From Flavobacteriales bacterium (GTDB lineage Bacteria > Bacteroidota > Bacteroidia > Flavobacteriales > UBA7312): 64,000 bases of DNA. Shown in pieces: positions 35,023 to 44,919 of this stretch. The translations under genes were made by a program, and so were the position numbers. The DNA lies in NCBI GenBank assembly GCA_965661345.1, contig CBFIDK010000005.1, positions 17,301-81,300 of the forward strand, given 5' to 3'. The notes under the pieces are model-generated. The model ran no database searches. It saw nothing but the letters and a program-made list of their open reading frames with translations, and was not told the origin of the DNA. Positions within the stretch are counted from its first letter, which is position 1; every line of letters starts with the position of its first letter.

Positions 35023-37204
35023 TTTTTTTGAATGTTTTTTGATTATTAACTTCTAAACACACGCTGTATAATCCTTTTGGTAACATCGACCAGTCATATG
35101 TTTTATCAAACAGGTTAACCTTACCAATCTTATCTGTGTATAACGTTTGCCCAAGTGAATTAGTTAAAGTTAACCGAATGTTACTTTCTTTTTCTAAAGA
35201 AGCACTTACGCTAACAACTCCTTCTGTAGGGTTTGGATAAACGTCCATACCTAATAGAATTTCTTCAATAGAGTTACAATCTTCTACTGTAATTGGCACA
35301 GGAACAGGCGTGCAATTAATAGTATCAGCGCCAATTTCCCAGTCGTATAAGTAATAATAATAGGTGGTATAATCATCACCTCCAGAGTTATCTAATCCTC
35401 CCCCATAATATACCGCTTTTTCAATAGAAGCCACTCCATCTAAAACGTATGGATAAGATAAATTTCCATTTGTACCCGTTCGTTTTAATTGAGGATTTTG
35501 ACCACTAAGATTATTTTGATTAACAGTAGCATCTGTACCTATTAGATAGTCTTCCCCAGCAGGCACATCAAAGTTTAAAGTTACAGTTTGGGGTTCGTCA
35601 TCGGCAAAACCAATAAACTCAGTGTGCTCAGCGATAACATCACCGTTTGAATTCATTAAAATAAAGCTTCTATCAGCCGGCTCATCAGTATAAACTTTTA
35701 CGCTTACTAGCGTGAAATCACTCAAAGCATCGAAGGATAAGAAACCAATAGCATCGTCTCCGCCACTGTAATCAGAGTCACCGTTATGCTCTTCAGGACC
35801 CACCTTGTTTTCAGAAAAACTATTTGAAACATAGTAGGTAACACTTTCGCTTAGGTTTTGCGTTGTAAAGGTATTTCCACTACCAACCGCATTCATGTTT
35901 GCGTCGTACCAAGTCACTAAATAATCAGACTCAACAGATAGCTCAGCAGGCTCATTTTTACAAATAACAACCTCATCAACTTCAGGAGTGCTAATACCAT
36001 TAAGCGTTATGTTTCTTGTTGCTGCACATTCTGAATCAGGAGTATTAATAGTTACAGAATAGGCGCCTAAACTGTTCACGGTTATATTTTCTTCAGTAGA
36101 GCCGTTAGACCATAATACGGTAGAGTTTTCAGGAGCGTCAATAGACAGGCTTATTTCATCGCCTTCACAAACCATGCCACCAAAGTTTGAAGTTATGTTT
36201 GGAACGTTTGGCGCTTCAGTTTGCATTGATAAGGTAAATGGAAACCACGTATAATTGTTATCTAGTCTTGCTTCAACCATTACTTGCGGCACCTCTAAAA
36301 CGATAGCGTATTCTCCATTACAAGTTCCTAGCGGGATATTCAAAAACATTCCGTCTAAGTACGAGCCGTACGTATCATTATATCCAGAAGAAATACCTTG
36401 AGATATTGGGCTACAGCCATACGAGCCGCCACCAAGACCATAGTTAGGAAAATCATCTTGACTTAACAAATTACCCTGATTGTAAACGGTTTCTTCGTCT
36501 CTACAACCAGCATTTTCGCTGCTACAATTTCCTAAGTCCATTACACAAAATCCAACTTTAGCGCCATCGCCTACAGTTTCCCACTCTAGAGGGTTATCCA
36601 TATTGTTTGGATCAGGAATTCTTAATGTCATGATTGTCCACTCATCAAAGTGCATGTGTCCATGAGTAGGGTGATACTCCATGGTACCGACCATCTCTTC
36701 GTAGAAAGACATTGATCCATCAGCGTTTTTGTGATAGATTCTTTGCCAAGAAATATGTTTTGGGTTTGTACCGTCAGGACAGGCTTCTGTAGAGATTTCC
36801 CAGTTAGGGTCATATACTGTGAAGGTGTCCGCAACGCCTTCGTTATTGCAAACCATCCACCTGTACCCGTATTGGTCAGCGCCCCTCAAATTTAACGGCC
36901 CAACACCAATATTTGGAGTTCTTGCTGAGATACGAATTCTTCCCATTTCTTGAACTTCAGGGGTAATTTCAAACCAGTTTTCTGGATAGTTTATTTCACC
37001 ACCTTGCAAACCGTCACCAGGAGCATATTCTTGAGAACCATCAATGCCCGTTTGCCAACACACAGTGATATCAGGTAGTAAATCGCAGTCGTTTTGCTCT
37101 GAGTCAGCACATTCACACTCGATAGAATTCTCCAGCGTACACTGAGCGTTGCTTAATCCGAACGAAAAAAAGCCGACAATAAAAAAAAGACCTATTTTTT
37201 TCAT
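35009..37204 (-). CDS. T9SS-secreted multidomain protein with an N-terminal lysyl-oxidase-like catalytic domain
   Basis: EYHPTHGHMHFDEW (36650-36673), AKVGFCVMDLGNC and GYNDTYGSYLDG parallel the LOX WEWHSCHQHYHSMDEF, KASFCLED and YDTY motifs. The C-terminal sorting tail is VYPNPTEGVVSV...GLYSVCLEV. Confidence 0.6.
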   Translation of the reverse strand: MKKIGLFFIVGFFSFGLSNAQCTLENSIECECADSEQNDCDLLPDITVCWQTGIDGSQEYAPGDGLQGGEINYPENWFEITPEVQEMGRIRISARTPNIGVGPLNLRGADQYGYRWMVCNNEGVADTFTVYDPNWEISTEACPDGTNPKHISWQRIYHKNADGSMSFYEEMVGTMEYHPTHGHMHFDEWTIMTLRIPDPNNMDNPLEWETVGDGAKVGFCVMDLGNCSSENAGCRDEETVYNQGNLLSQDDFPNYGLGGGSYGCSPISQGISSGYNDTYGSYLDGMFLNIPLGTCNGEYAIVLEVPQVMVEARLDNNYTWFPFTLSMQTEAPNVPNITSNFGGMVCEGDEISLSIDAPENSTVLWSNGSTEENITVNSLGAYSVTINTPDSECAATRNITLNGISTPEVDEVVICKNEPAELSVESDYLVTWYDANMNAVGSGNTFTTQNLSESVTYYVSNSFSENKVGPEEHNGDSDYSGGDDAIGFLSFDALSDFTLVSVKVYTDEPADRSFILMNSNGDVIAEHTEFIGFADDEPQTVTLNFDVPAGEDYLIGTDATVNQNNLSGQNPQLKRTGTNGNLSYPYVLDGVASIEKAVYYGGGLDNSGGDDYTTYYYYLYDWEIGADTINCTPVPVPITVEDCNSIEEILLGMDVYPNPTEGVVSVSASLEKESNIRLTLTNSLGQTLYTDKIGKVNLFDKTYDWSMLPKGLYSVCLEVNNQKTFKKIVLQ

Positions 37205-37290
37205 AAACGAGGGTTGTTTGAGGTTTAGTAAGGTACAAAAATACCAAAAAATCTAACACTACAACACCCTACTTATACGAGACCTATGTG

Positions 37291-38070
37291 CTAATTGTTC
37301 TGTGCGCCTTGAGAAATCCATAGAAGTATGGTTTCTATCTCAAATGGAGTGAGCGTTGAATTTGGCGGCATAACGTATTCTACATTGCCATCAGAAACAA
37401 GTCTGTAAAGGTAACTTTCTTCGGGCTGAATGGTATTTATGTAAGGTACGCCGCCGTCGTTATTGCTAATGCCATTAATAAGTTCATTGTAGGCCATATC
37501 TGCTGGAACAAGTCGCATCTGCCCACCGTCATCGTTGTGGCAAGGCATACAACTCCCTTCTCCATTGTTGTAAAATATAGGTTCGTAAATATCATTTTTA
37601 AAGCTAACCATAGGTGCTTCGGCATTTATATCCAATAATTGATAATAATCTCTGTATTCTCTAAGGTAATCCCCGTTCAAAATAGAAGATTCCAAAACTA
37701 ATAAAGAGTCTGTTTTGGCAACAATTTTTAATCTTACAGTATCGCCACCAAATAAAAACAACGAGTCCCCTTCAACAGCAAAAGCGCCCTCTGTAAAACC
37801 TAAAAACGCCTCACCTTTATTTTGTTCTAAAAACGTCAGCCTAAAATTGTTGTTTTCGTAGCTTAATGTTAGAGTATCAGGAGACGATATGCCGTAAGTA
37901 GTAGTTTGTTGGTTAAGCTCAACACCCCCTTGATATAGGGTGTAAACCAAAGAGTCTTTTTTCCAATATTCAACAGGGTAAACAATAGGTGCAACCTCTA
38001 CTATTCGGTCTTTGGTACACGCTACAAACAATAACGCTACACTAAAAAGAAATAAAAAATAATTTTTCAT
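37291..38070 (-). CDS. lipoprotein with one c-type heme-binding motif
   Basis: LFVAC lipobox and CMPCH (CxxCH). The start is trimmed to MKNYFLF. Confidence 0.55.
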   Translation of the reverse strand: MKNYFLFLFSVALLFVACTKDRIVEVAPIVYPVEYWKKDSLVYTLYQGGVELNQQTTTYGISSPDTLTLSYENNNFRLTFLEQNKGEAFLGFTEGAFAVEGDSLFLFGGDTVRLKIVAKTDSLLVLESSILNGDYLREYRDYYQLLDINAEAPMVSFKNDIYEPIFYNNGEGSCMPCHNDDGGQMRLVPADMAYNELINGISNNDGGVPYINTIQPEESYLYRLVSDGNVEYVMPPNSTLTPFEIETILLWISQGAQNN

Positions 38071-38081
38071 ACTATCAGTTG

Positions 38082-38948
38082 TTAAAACCACCAAACCCTT
38101 CTAATATTAAAACCTAAAACAAACTCATTGGGACTATTAAAAAAATCATAAGGCTCTGAGGTATATATATTTGCTTCTCGTAAATAATAGCTATTGCTCA
38201 TAAACACCTGGAAAACATGTCCAGCGGTACCAAATTCAAAACCCAATGAAAACGGATTGTTCAGGGCTGACTCGGAGCGGTTGTTAAGTTTGTGTGCATA
38301 TTCGAAAAGAATGGCGCTACCAAAAGAATATTGAAACCTGCCGCTAAAGGGTAAAACAAATGTAAAATGGTCTTCATCCAAACCCAAAACAACGTTTTTA
38401 TACACCAGAGTTGGACTTAGCTGTAGGGATATTTTATCACTAAATTGTCTTGATAAAATTAACTCTGTGGTATAAGTAAGCCTGTGAGAAAACTTATTTT
38501 CATAAGGCGTAATACTATCGCCAAAAAAGGCGTTTGGACCATAGTTTTTGTCTTCCTCCGTATTAATTCCAGTATTATTAAATACAGCGACGCTAAGCGG
38601 TGTGGTGCCGTCCTTGGTTTGTCTAAAAAGCACGTACTTTCCTTCTAAGTCAATCGTTTTTCCAATTTTTGTTCTACCCACACCTACATAAGCCCTGTCG
38701 CTTAATTTGTAAGACAACGAAAAACGAATATTAGCAGGGCTATCAAAACCCAAAAAGTCTTTATAAATCCTATCGTCAAGACCAATTTTTCCAAAGCGAT
38801 GCATTATGGTAAAATCAAAACCCTCAGGAATAACAGCTGTTTGGGCGTTGATAAGCTGTTTGTTTTTAAAGGCATTTACATATTCTTTTTCTTGTGCATT
38901 TAAGCCAAGAAAACAAACCAATAAACCAAGCAGAGTAAAACGTCTCAT
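38082..38948 (-). CDS. outer-membrane beta-barrel protein (family not assigned)
   Basis: Signal peptide, alternating amphipathic strands and a C-terminal aromatic residue (..RRVWWF). Confidence 0.55.
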   Translation of the reverse strand: MRRFTLLGLLVCFLGLNAQEKEYVNAFKNKQLINAQTAVIPEGFDFTIMHRFGKIGLDDRIYKDFLGFDSPANIRFSLSYKLSDRAYVGVGRTKIGKTIDLEGKYVLFRQTKDGTTPLSVAVFNNTGINTEEDKNYGPNAFFGDSITPYENKFSHRLTYTTELILSRQFSDKISLQLSPTLVYKNVVLGLDEDHFTFVLPFSGRFQYSFGSAILFEYAHKLNNRSESALNNPFSLGFEFGTAGHVFQVFMSNSYYLREANIYTSEPYDFFNSPNEFVLGFNIRRVWWF

Positions 38949-38952
38949 TTTT

Positions 38953-39333
38953 CTAATTTAAAGTCCTAATATAATTGATTAACTGCCAACGCTTTTCTTT
39001 ATCTAGCGAGTGTTTATACGGAACCATCATCCCTTTACCATTAGAAAGTTTCCAGAATAGTTCGCCATCAGTTTGCTTTTGAACCTTTTCGTCAGCAAAA
39101 CTTATTGGTTTTGGTTTTAAACCCGCCCCAGCTGGGCCGTCTCCCAAACCGTTTTTACCATGACAGGTCCAACAAAGTTTAGCGTATAGCTGTTGACCTT
39201 TTTGCGCCGCGATAGTATTGCCATCATAGGGATTTATTATCTCTTTTGATTCCTCGGGAGCCACCCAACGGTCTTGAGCGCGCCCAACATTGGCAGCAAA
39301 CAACAAGATAAGTATAGCAACAAAGACTCTCAT
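38953..39333 (-). CDS. class I c-type cytochrome
   Basis: Signal peptide, CWTCH heme site and a distal Met in GKGMMVPY. Confidence 0.8.
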   Translation of the reverse strand: MRVFVAILILLFAANVGRAQDRWVAPEESKEIINPYDGNTIAAQKGQQLYAKLCWTCHGKNGLGDGPAGAGLKPKPISFADEKVQKQTDGELFWKLSNGKGMMVPYKHSLDKEKRWQLINYIRTLN

Positions 39334-39370
39334 AAGTTAAGGTTAAGGTACAAAAATAGGGACTAAAATC

Positions 39371-40915
39371 CTATAAATCGAATTTAATCCCCTGTGCTAG
39401 AGGAAGCTCATCCGAATAATTTATAGTGTTAGTTTGACGGCGCATGTAAATTTTCCAAGCATCTGACCCAGACTCTCTACCGCCGCCAGTTTCTTTTTCG
39501 CCACCAAAAGCACCACCAATTTCAGCACCAGAAGTTCCAATGTTTACATTAGCAATGCCACAATCGGAACCGGCATAAGACAAGAACTTTTCTGCGTCTT
39601 TTATCGTTGAGGTCATAATAGAAGAGGACAAACCTTGAGGAACATCGTTTTGTATTTCTATGGCATTTTCAACCTCCCCTTTATATTTTATTAGATAAAG
39701 AATAGGGGCAAAAGTTTCGTGCTGTACGATATCAAAACTATTTTTAGCTTCTACAATAGCAGGCTTAACATAACAACCGCTTTCGTATTCTCCACCCTTT
39801 AACACGCCACCTTCTACCAAAATCTTACCACCTTCTTTAATAGCATCTTCTAGCGCAGATAAATACATATTAACTGCGTCTTTGTCGATTAGTGGGCCAA
39901 CGTGATTATTTTCATCAAGCGGATTTCCAATTTTGATTTGCTCATAAGCACCAACAACAGCGTCTTTTACCTTATCATAAACAGATTCGTGTATGATTAG
40001 CCTACGTGTTGATGTACACCTTTGTCCACATGTTCCCACCGCACCAAACACGGCGCCAGGAACTACAATTTTTAGATCTGCAGTTGGTGTAATTATGATG
40101 GCGTTGTTTCCACCAAGCTCTAACAAGGATTTTCCAAAACGTTCAGCCACTCGTGAGCCTACGATTTTACCCATTCTAGATGAGCCAGTAGCAGAAATAA
40201 GCGGCATTCTTTTATCAGAAGTCATCATCTCACCCACTTTGTAGTCTCCTGTTACGATACAAGAAATACCTTCTGGTAAGTCATTAGCCTCTAATACCTC
40301 AGCAATTAAGTTTTGGCAGGCAACTGAGCAAAGCGGTGTTTTTTCTGAACCTTTCCACACGCATACATCGCCACATATCCAAGCCAAAGCGGTGTTCCAA
40401 CACCAAACAGCCACAGGGAAGTTAAAGGCAGAAATAATTCCAACAACGCCTAGCGGGTGATACTGCTCATACATTCTATGATTTGGACGCTCTGAGTGCA
40501 TCGTAAGGCCGTGAAGCTGTCGCGAAAGACCAACAGCAAAATCACATATATCAATCATTTCTTGCACCTCTCCTAATCCCTCTTGATAGGACTTGCCCAT
40601 TTCATAAGAAACTAATTTACCAAGCGCTTCTTTGTGGTTTCTTAACTTGTCGCCAAACTGACGCACAACATCACCTCTTTTAGGAGCAGGAAGAGTACGC
40701 CAAAATTTAAAAGCAGAAGTAGCGGCTTCCATTACTTTTTCATAATCACCTTCAGTGCTACACTTTACTTTTCCGATTAACTTTCCAGTTACAGGCGAAA
40801 AGGATTCAATGATTTCTCCATTAGAGAAACAGTCTTTTCCTGTTGAACTACCGTTATTAATTTTTTCTAGCCCTAGCTCTTTTAAAGCGTTGTTAATTCC
40901 AAAATTACCACCCAT
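39371..40915 (-). CDS. aldehyde dehydrogenase, ALDH7-like (aminoadipate-semialdehyde/piperideine-6-carboxylate dehydrogenase type)
   Basis: FNFPVAVW, LELGGNNAII and GQRCTSTRR motifs. Confidence 0.8.
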   Translation of the reverse strand: MGGNFGINNALKELGLEKINNGSSTGKDCFSNGEIIESFSPVTGKLIGKVKCSTEGDYEKVMEAATSAFKFWRTLPAPKRGDVVRQFGDKLRNHKEALGKLVSYEMGKSYQEGLGEVQEMIDICDFAVGLSRQLHGLTMHSERPNHRMYEQYHPLGVVGIISAFNFPVAVWCWNTALAWICGDVCVWKGSEKTPLCSVACQNLIAEVLEANDLPEGISCIVTGDYKVGEMMTSDKRMPLISATGSSRMGKIVGSRVAERFGKSLLELGGNNAIIITPTADLKIVVPGAVFGAVGTCGQRCTSTRRLIIHESVYDKVKDAVVGAYEQIKIGNPLDENNHVGPLIDKDAVNMYLSALEDAIKEGGKILVEGGVLKGGEYESGCYVKPAIVEAKNSFDIVQHETFAPILYLIKYKGEVENAIEIQNDVPQGLSSSIMTSTIKDAEKFLSYAGSDCGIANVNIGTSGAEIGGAFGGEKETGGGRESGSDAWKIYMRRQTNTINYSDELPLAQGIKFDL

Positions 40916-40936
40916 AAATTCTTATTGTTTTGTTAG

Positions 40937-42262
40937 TTAAGATAGAAGTTTAAATATATCGTTTCCGTTGGCGTAAAGAACCAAGCCTAATAGCAATATT
41001 ATACCCACCGTTTGAGCGTACTCCATTACTTTTTCATTTGGTTGACGTCCTGTTAATACTTCATAAAGAAGAAAAACGACATGCCCCCCATCTAATGCAG
41101 GAATTGGCAGTAAATTAAGCACCGCCAACATTATTGATAAAAAAGCGGTAAGGCTCCAAAAGCGTTGCCAATCCCAAACCGGGGGAAAAATACTTCCTAT
41201 AGAAATAAAACCACCCACAGACTCAGGAGACTGTTTTATTAGTTTAAACTGCTTGAGGTAGTTAACAATCTCATCGCCAGTTTTTGTTAGCGCAGCAGGA
41301 ATAACACTTATCACATTGTATTGTTCTTTTTCAAACTTATATAATGAAGAAAATGGACGTAGCTGAACACCCATTACCCCCTCTTCAAGGAAAACATCAA
41401 AAGAAATTTCTTCACCCCTTCTGTCAACCAAAACCGTAGCGGTGTCGCCTTTCAACGTTGGAGTGTATTCCATAACGTCACCGGCATACCCCATATCATT
41501 ATTGTTGATTTTAAGGATTTTATCGCCCACCCTTGCTCCAGCGGACTTCATTACAGAGGTTTCAGAAAAACCATCAATAATAAACGGGATGTTAGGGGTA
41601 AATAGTTTTGTTTTTGCCAACACTTGGTTTTTTACTTCTTCAGTAAAGGGGACGTCTATTTTATTTCCATTTCGCAATACGGTTACTACTTTTGCGTCGT
41701 CTAAAATTAATCGCTCAATAATCTCAGGATGAAGCGATCCGTTTTCAACAGCAAATCGACTCACGACATTATTGTCAATAGAATATATCATGTCGCCCTC
41801 TTGAAAACCAGCCGCTAAAGCCAATGAGTCGCAATGAATTCCGTAGGTTGCTTTTTCGCTTGAAAGGTATTTCTCTCCCCAAATGACTAGGCTAAAAGAA
41901 TATATTACAAAAGCAAGGATTACGTTTACGGTAACACCACCCAGCATAATAATTAACCTTTGCCAAGCGGGTTTTGAACGAAACTCCCAGGGCTGAGGAT
42001 CCTTTTTCATTTGCTCTGTATCCATGGACTCGTCAATCATTCCAGAGATTTTTACATACCCACCGAGAGGAAGCCAACCGACACCATACTCCGTGTCACC
42101 AACTTTCTTTTTGAACAACGAAAACCAAGGGTCAAAAAACAGGTAAAATTTTTCTACTCGTGTTTTAAATAGCTTTGCGGGAATAAAGTGACCCAACTCA
42201 TGTAAAACCACCAGAATTGATAAGCTTAAAAGTAATTGGCCAGCTTTAATTAATATTTCCAT
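40937..42262 (-). CDS. rseP: RIP zinc metalloprotease RseP
   Basis: HELGHF near the N-terminus, PDZ region and a C-terminal LNLLPIPALDGG motif. Confidence 0.88.
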   Translation of the reverse strand: MEILIKAGQLLLSLSILVVLHELGHFIPAKLFKTRVEKFYLFFDPWFSLFKKKVGDTEYGVGWLPLGGYVKISGMIDESMDTEQMKKDPQPWEFRSKPAWQRLIIMLGGVTVNVILAFVIYSFSLVIWGEKYLSSEKATYGIHCDSLALAAGFQEGDMIYSIDNNVVSRFAVENGSLHPEIIERLILDDAKVVTVLRNGNKIDVPFTEEVKNQVLAKTKLFTPNIPFIIDGFSETSVMKSAGARVGDKILKINNNDMGYAGDVMEYTPTLKGDTATVLVDRRGEEISFDVFLEEGVMGVQLRPFSSLYKFEKEQYNVISVIPAALTKTGDEIVNYLKQFKLIKQSPESVGGFISIGSIFPPVWDWQRFWSLTAFLSIMLAVLNLLPIPALDGGHVVFLLYEVLTGRQPNEKVMEYAQTVGIILLLGLVLYANGNDIFKLLS

Positions 42263-43429
42263 TTATTTGATTATTTTATTTGCTAACATTCGGCTTTCCT
42301 CGTTTGATGACACAAAATCGTCGTATGTGGGATTGGCCACAAAAGTACTCTTTTCCATACAACTATCAATGATATCAGACATTTCTAAAAAGCCAATTTT
42401 TTCTTTTAAAAAGGCATCCACCACAACCTCGTTGGCAGCATTTAAAACACAAGCCATGTTGCCACCTTTCGACATAGCCCTATAAGCCAATGACAGGTTT
42501 CTAAAGGTTTCTAGGTCGGGCTTTTCAAACGTTAAGCTGGGGTACTCCATGAAATCGAAACGAGGAAAATTAGACTTTATTCTTTGCGGATAACCCAAGG
42601 CGTATTGAATGGGCAACTTCATGTCTGGCAAACCCATTTGAGCCTTCATTGAGCCGTCTTCAAATTGAACGATTGAATGAATAATTGACTGTGGATGAAC
42701 AATAACATCAATCTGTTCTTTTTTAAGCCCAAACAACCATTTTGCCTCTATTACTTCAAGGCCTTTATTCATTAAGCTGGCAGAATCAATGGTAATTTTT
42801 GCACCCATATCCCAGTTGGGGTGTTTTAAGGCTTGTTGTTTGCTTACGTTAATAAGCTCGTCTTTCTTCCACCCTCTAAAAGGACCGCCAGATGCGGTGA
42901 GGTATATTTTTTCAATTGGGTTGTGAAACTCTCCGACCAAACACTGAAAAATTGCCGAATGTTCCGAATCCACCGGATAAATATTTACACCGTTTTCTTT
43001 AGCCAGTTCGGTTATCAAAGAGCCCGCCACAACCAAAGTTTCTTTGTTTGCAAGGGCAATGCTTTTCTTGGCTTTTATTGCGTTTATGGTTGGTTTAAGG
43101 CCAGAATACCCCACTAGCGCAGTTAAAACCACGTCTATTGTATCCATTTCAACAACCTGACTCAACGACTCTTTTCCAGCATATACTTTAATGTCGGCGC
43201 TATTCAAGGCGTTTTTTACCTCATCGTATTTGCTTTCGTTAGCAATTACAACCGCGTTTGGCTTGTATTGCAAGGCTTGCTGAATCAGCAGCTCACTATT
43301 TGAGTTGGCGGTGAGCACCTCAACCACAAACAAGTCTTTGTTAGCCTCTATTACGTCAAGAGCTTGTGTTCCAATTGAGCCCGTCGAGCCCAATATAGCT
43401 AGGTGTTTTCTAGTGTTTTCCATTTTCAA
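42263..43429 (-). CDS. dxr: 1-deoxy-D-xylulose-5-phosphate reductoisomerase
   Basis: LGSTGSIGTQALDV, DSEHSAIFQC and HPNWDMG motifs. Confidence 0.92.
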   Translation of the reverse strand: MKMENTRKHLAILGSTGSIGTQALDVIEANKDLFVVEVLTANSNSELLIQQALQYKPNAVVIANESKYDEVKNALNSADIKVYAGKESLSQVVEMDTIDVVLTALVGYSGLKPTINAIKAKKSIALANKETLVVAGSLITELAKENGVNIYPVDSEHSAIFQCLVGEFHNPIEKIYLTASGGPFRGWKKDELINVSKQQALKHPNWDMGAKITIDSASLMNKGLEVIEAKWLFGLKKEQIDVIVHPQSIIHSIVQFEDGSMKAQMGLPDMKLPIQYALGYPQRIKSNFPRFDFMEYPSLTFEKPDLETFRNLSLAYRAMSKGGNMACVLNAANEVVVDAFLKEKIGFLEMSDIIDSCMEKSTFVANPTYDDFVSSNEESRMLANKIIK

Positions 43430-44916
43430 AAATTGGTTAAGCCGTCTGCAAGTTTACGATTATTTGACAAACGAGGAGGTTTGTTTTGACCACCTAATTT
43501 ACCGATTGACTTCATGTAGTTGTAAAACCCGCCGCTACTAACTTTGTTTATTACAAGGGGCCTCAATACGTTTCCTTTTATCAAGTCATCATAATAACTG
43601 TTTTGTGAGCACATAAAACCGTCAAGACTCTTGCTAAAAGCCTCAAGGCTATTGGGTTCAGACCTAAACTCAATAAACCACTCATGATAGGGCAATCCTT
43701 CAGTGGGATTTACTTGTGGCGCCACATGAAATTCTTTTATTATTACTTCGGGGTACGACTCCAGAGTTTGTTGAACAGCCTTTTCAACCTCTTCTCCAAT
43801 AACATGTTCACCAAAAGCCGAGGTAAAATGTTTTATTCGTCCACTTACCACTACTCGATAAGGTTTGGTTGACACAAACCTTAGGGTGTCACCAATATTA
43901 TAACCCCACAAGCCGGCGTTAGTGTTTAAAATAACAACATAATTTTTCCCAAGCTCTACATCTTTAAGGGATATTCGTTTTCTGTTTTCATCAAAAAACT
44001 GATCGGCCTCAATAAACTCAAAAAAGATACCGTGATTAACACATAAAAGTAAGCCCTCTTCTTTCTGGCTGTCTTGATAAGCAATAAAACCTTCCGAAGA
44101 CGGATATGTTTCAACACTTGGCAATGCTTTTCCTGTTAACTCCAAGAACCTATTTTTATATGGCTTGAAATTAACACCGCCAAAAACAAACAAACTATAG
44201 TTGGGGAAAACCTCTGAAATGGTTTTGCTTGTCCTCTTGTTAATTTTTTCAAAATACATTTGAACCCAAGGCGGAATACCGCTAATTAGACTCATGGGCT
44301 TATTGATGGTTTCATCAACAATAGCGTCAATCTTTTTTTCCCAATCTTCAATGCAGTTGGTTTTAAAAGAAGGAAGGTTGTTTAATTTAAGGTACCAAGG
44401 CAGGTGATGGGCAACAATTCCAGAAAGCCGACCAGTAGGAATACCGTTCACATAATCCAAATGCGGACTTCCTTGAATAAAAATAGTTTTACCTTTTAAA
44501 AAAGATGTGTCTTTGGTTTCGTTGATGTAAGACAGCAGCGCCTCGCGCGCCCCCTTTAAATGAAAGGGCATAGATGATTTGGAGATAGGGATATACTTTG
44601 TCCCTGATGTTGTGCCAGAGGTTTTTGTAAAGTACAGTGGTTTGCCTTTCCACAATACATTTTGTTCGCCACCAATTACCCTTTCAATATAAGGTTTTAA
44701 GGCCTCATAGTCCCTTACTGGAACGTGCTTTTTATAGTCGTCATACGATTGTATTTTATCAAAAGAATGATCTTGTCCAAAAGCAGTATTTTGAGCCGAC
44801 CTTACCAATTCTTTAAATATCCTTTCTTGGAAAATTAATGGGTTGTTAATCCATTTTTTATTCCTTTTTACAATCCAATTAGAATAAGGAAGACTTAAAA
44901 AAGACAGTAAACTCAT
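43426..44916 (-). CDS. GH3 auxin-responsive-promoter family (acyl-adenylate-forming-like) protein
   Basis: TSGTTSGTKYIP motif. The ~500-aa size and position next to dxr are typical of Bacteroidota. Confidence 0.75.
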   Translation of the reverse strand: MSLLSFLSLPYSNWIVKRNKKWINNPLIFQERIFKELVRSAQNTAFGQDHSFDKIQSYDDYKKHVPVRDYEALKPYIERVIGGEQNVLWKGKPLYFTKTSGTTSGTKYIPISKSSMPFHLKGAREALLSYINETKDTSFLKGKTIFIQGSPHLDYVNGIPTGRLSGIVAHHLPWYLKLNNLPSFKTNCIEDWEKKIDAIVDETINKPMSLISGIPPWVQMYFEKINKRTSKTISEVFPNYSLFVFGGVNFKPYKNRFLELTGKALPSVETYPSSEGFIAYQDSQKEEGLLLCVNHGIFFEFIEADQFFDENRKRISLKDVELGKNYVVILNTNAGLWGYNIGDTLRFVSTKPYRVVVSGRIKHFTSAFGEHVIGEEVEKAVQQTLESYPEVIIKEFHVAPQVNPTEGLPYHEWFIEFRSEPNSLEAFSKSLDGFMCSQNSYYDDLIKGNVLRPLVINKVSSGGFYNYMKSIGKLGGQNKPPRLSNNRKLADGLTNF

Positions 44917-44919
44917 CGG

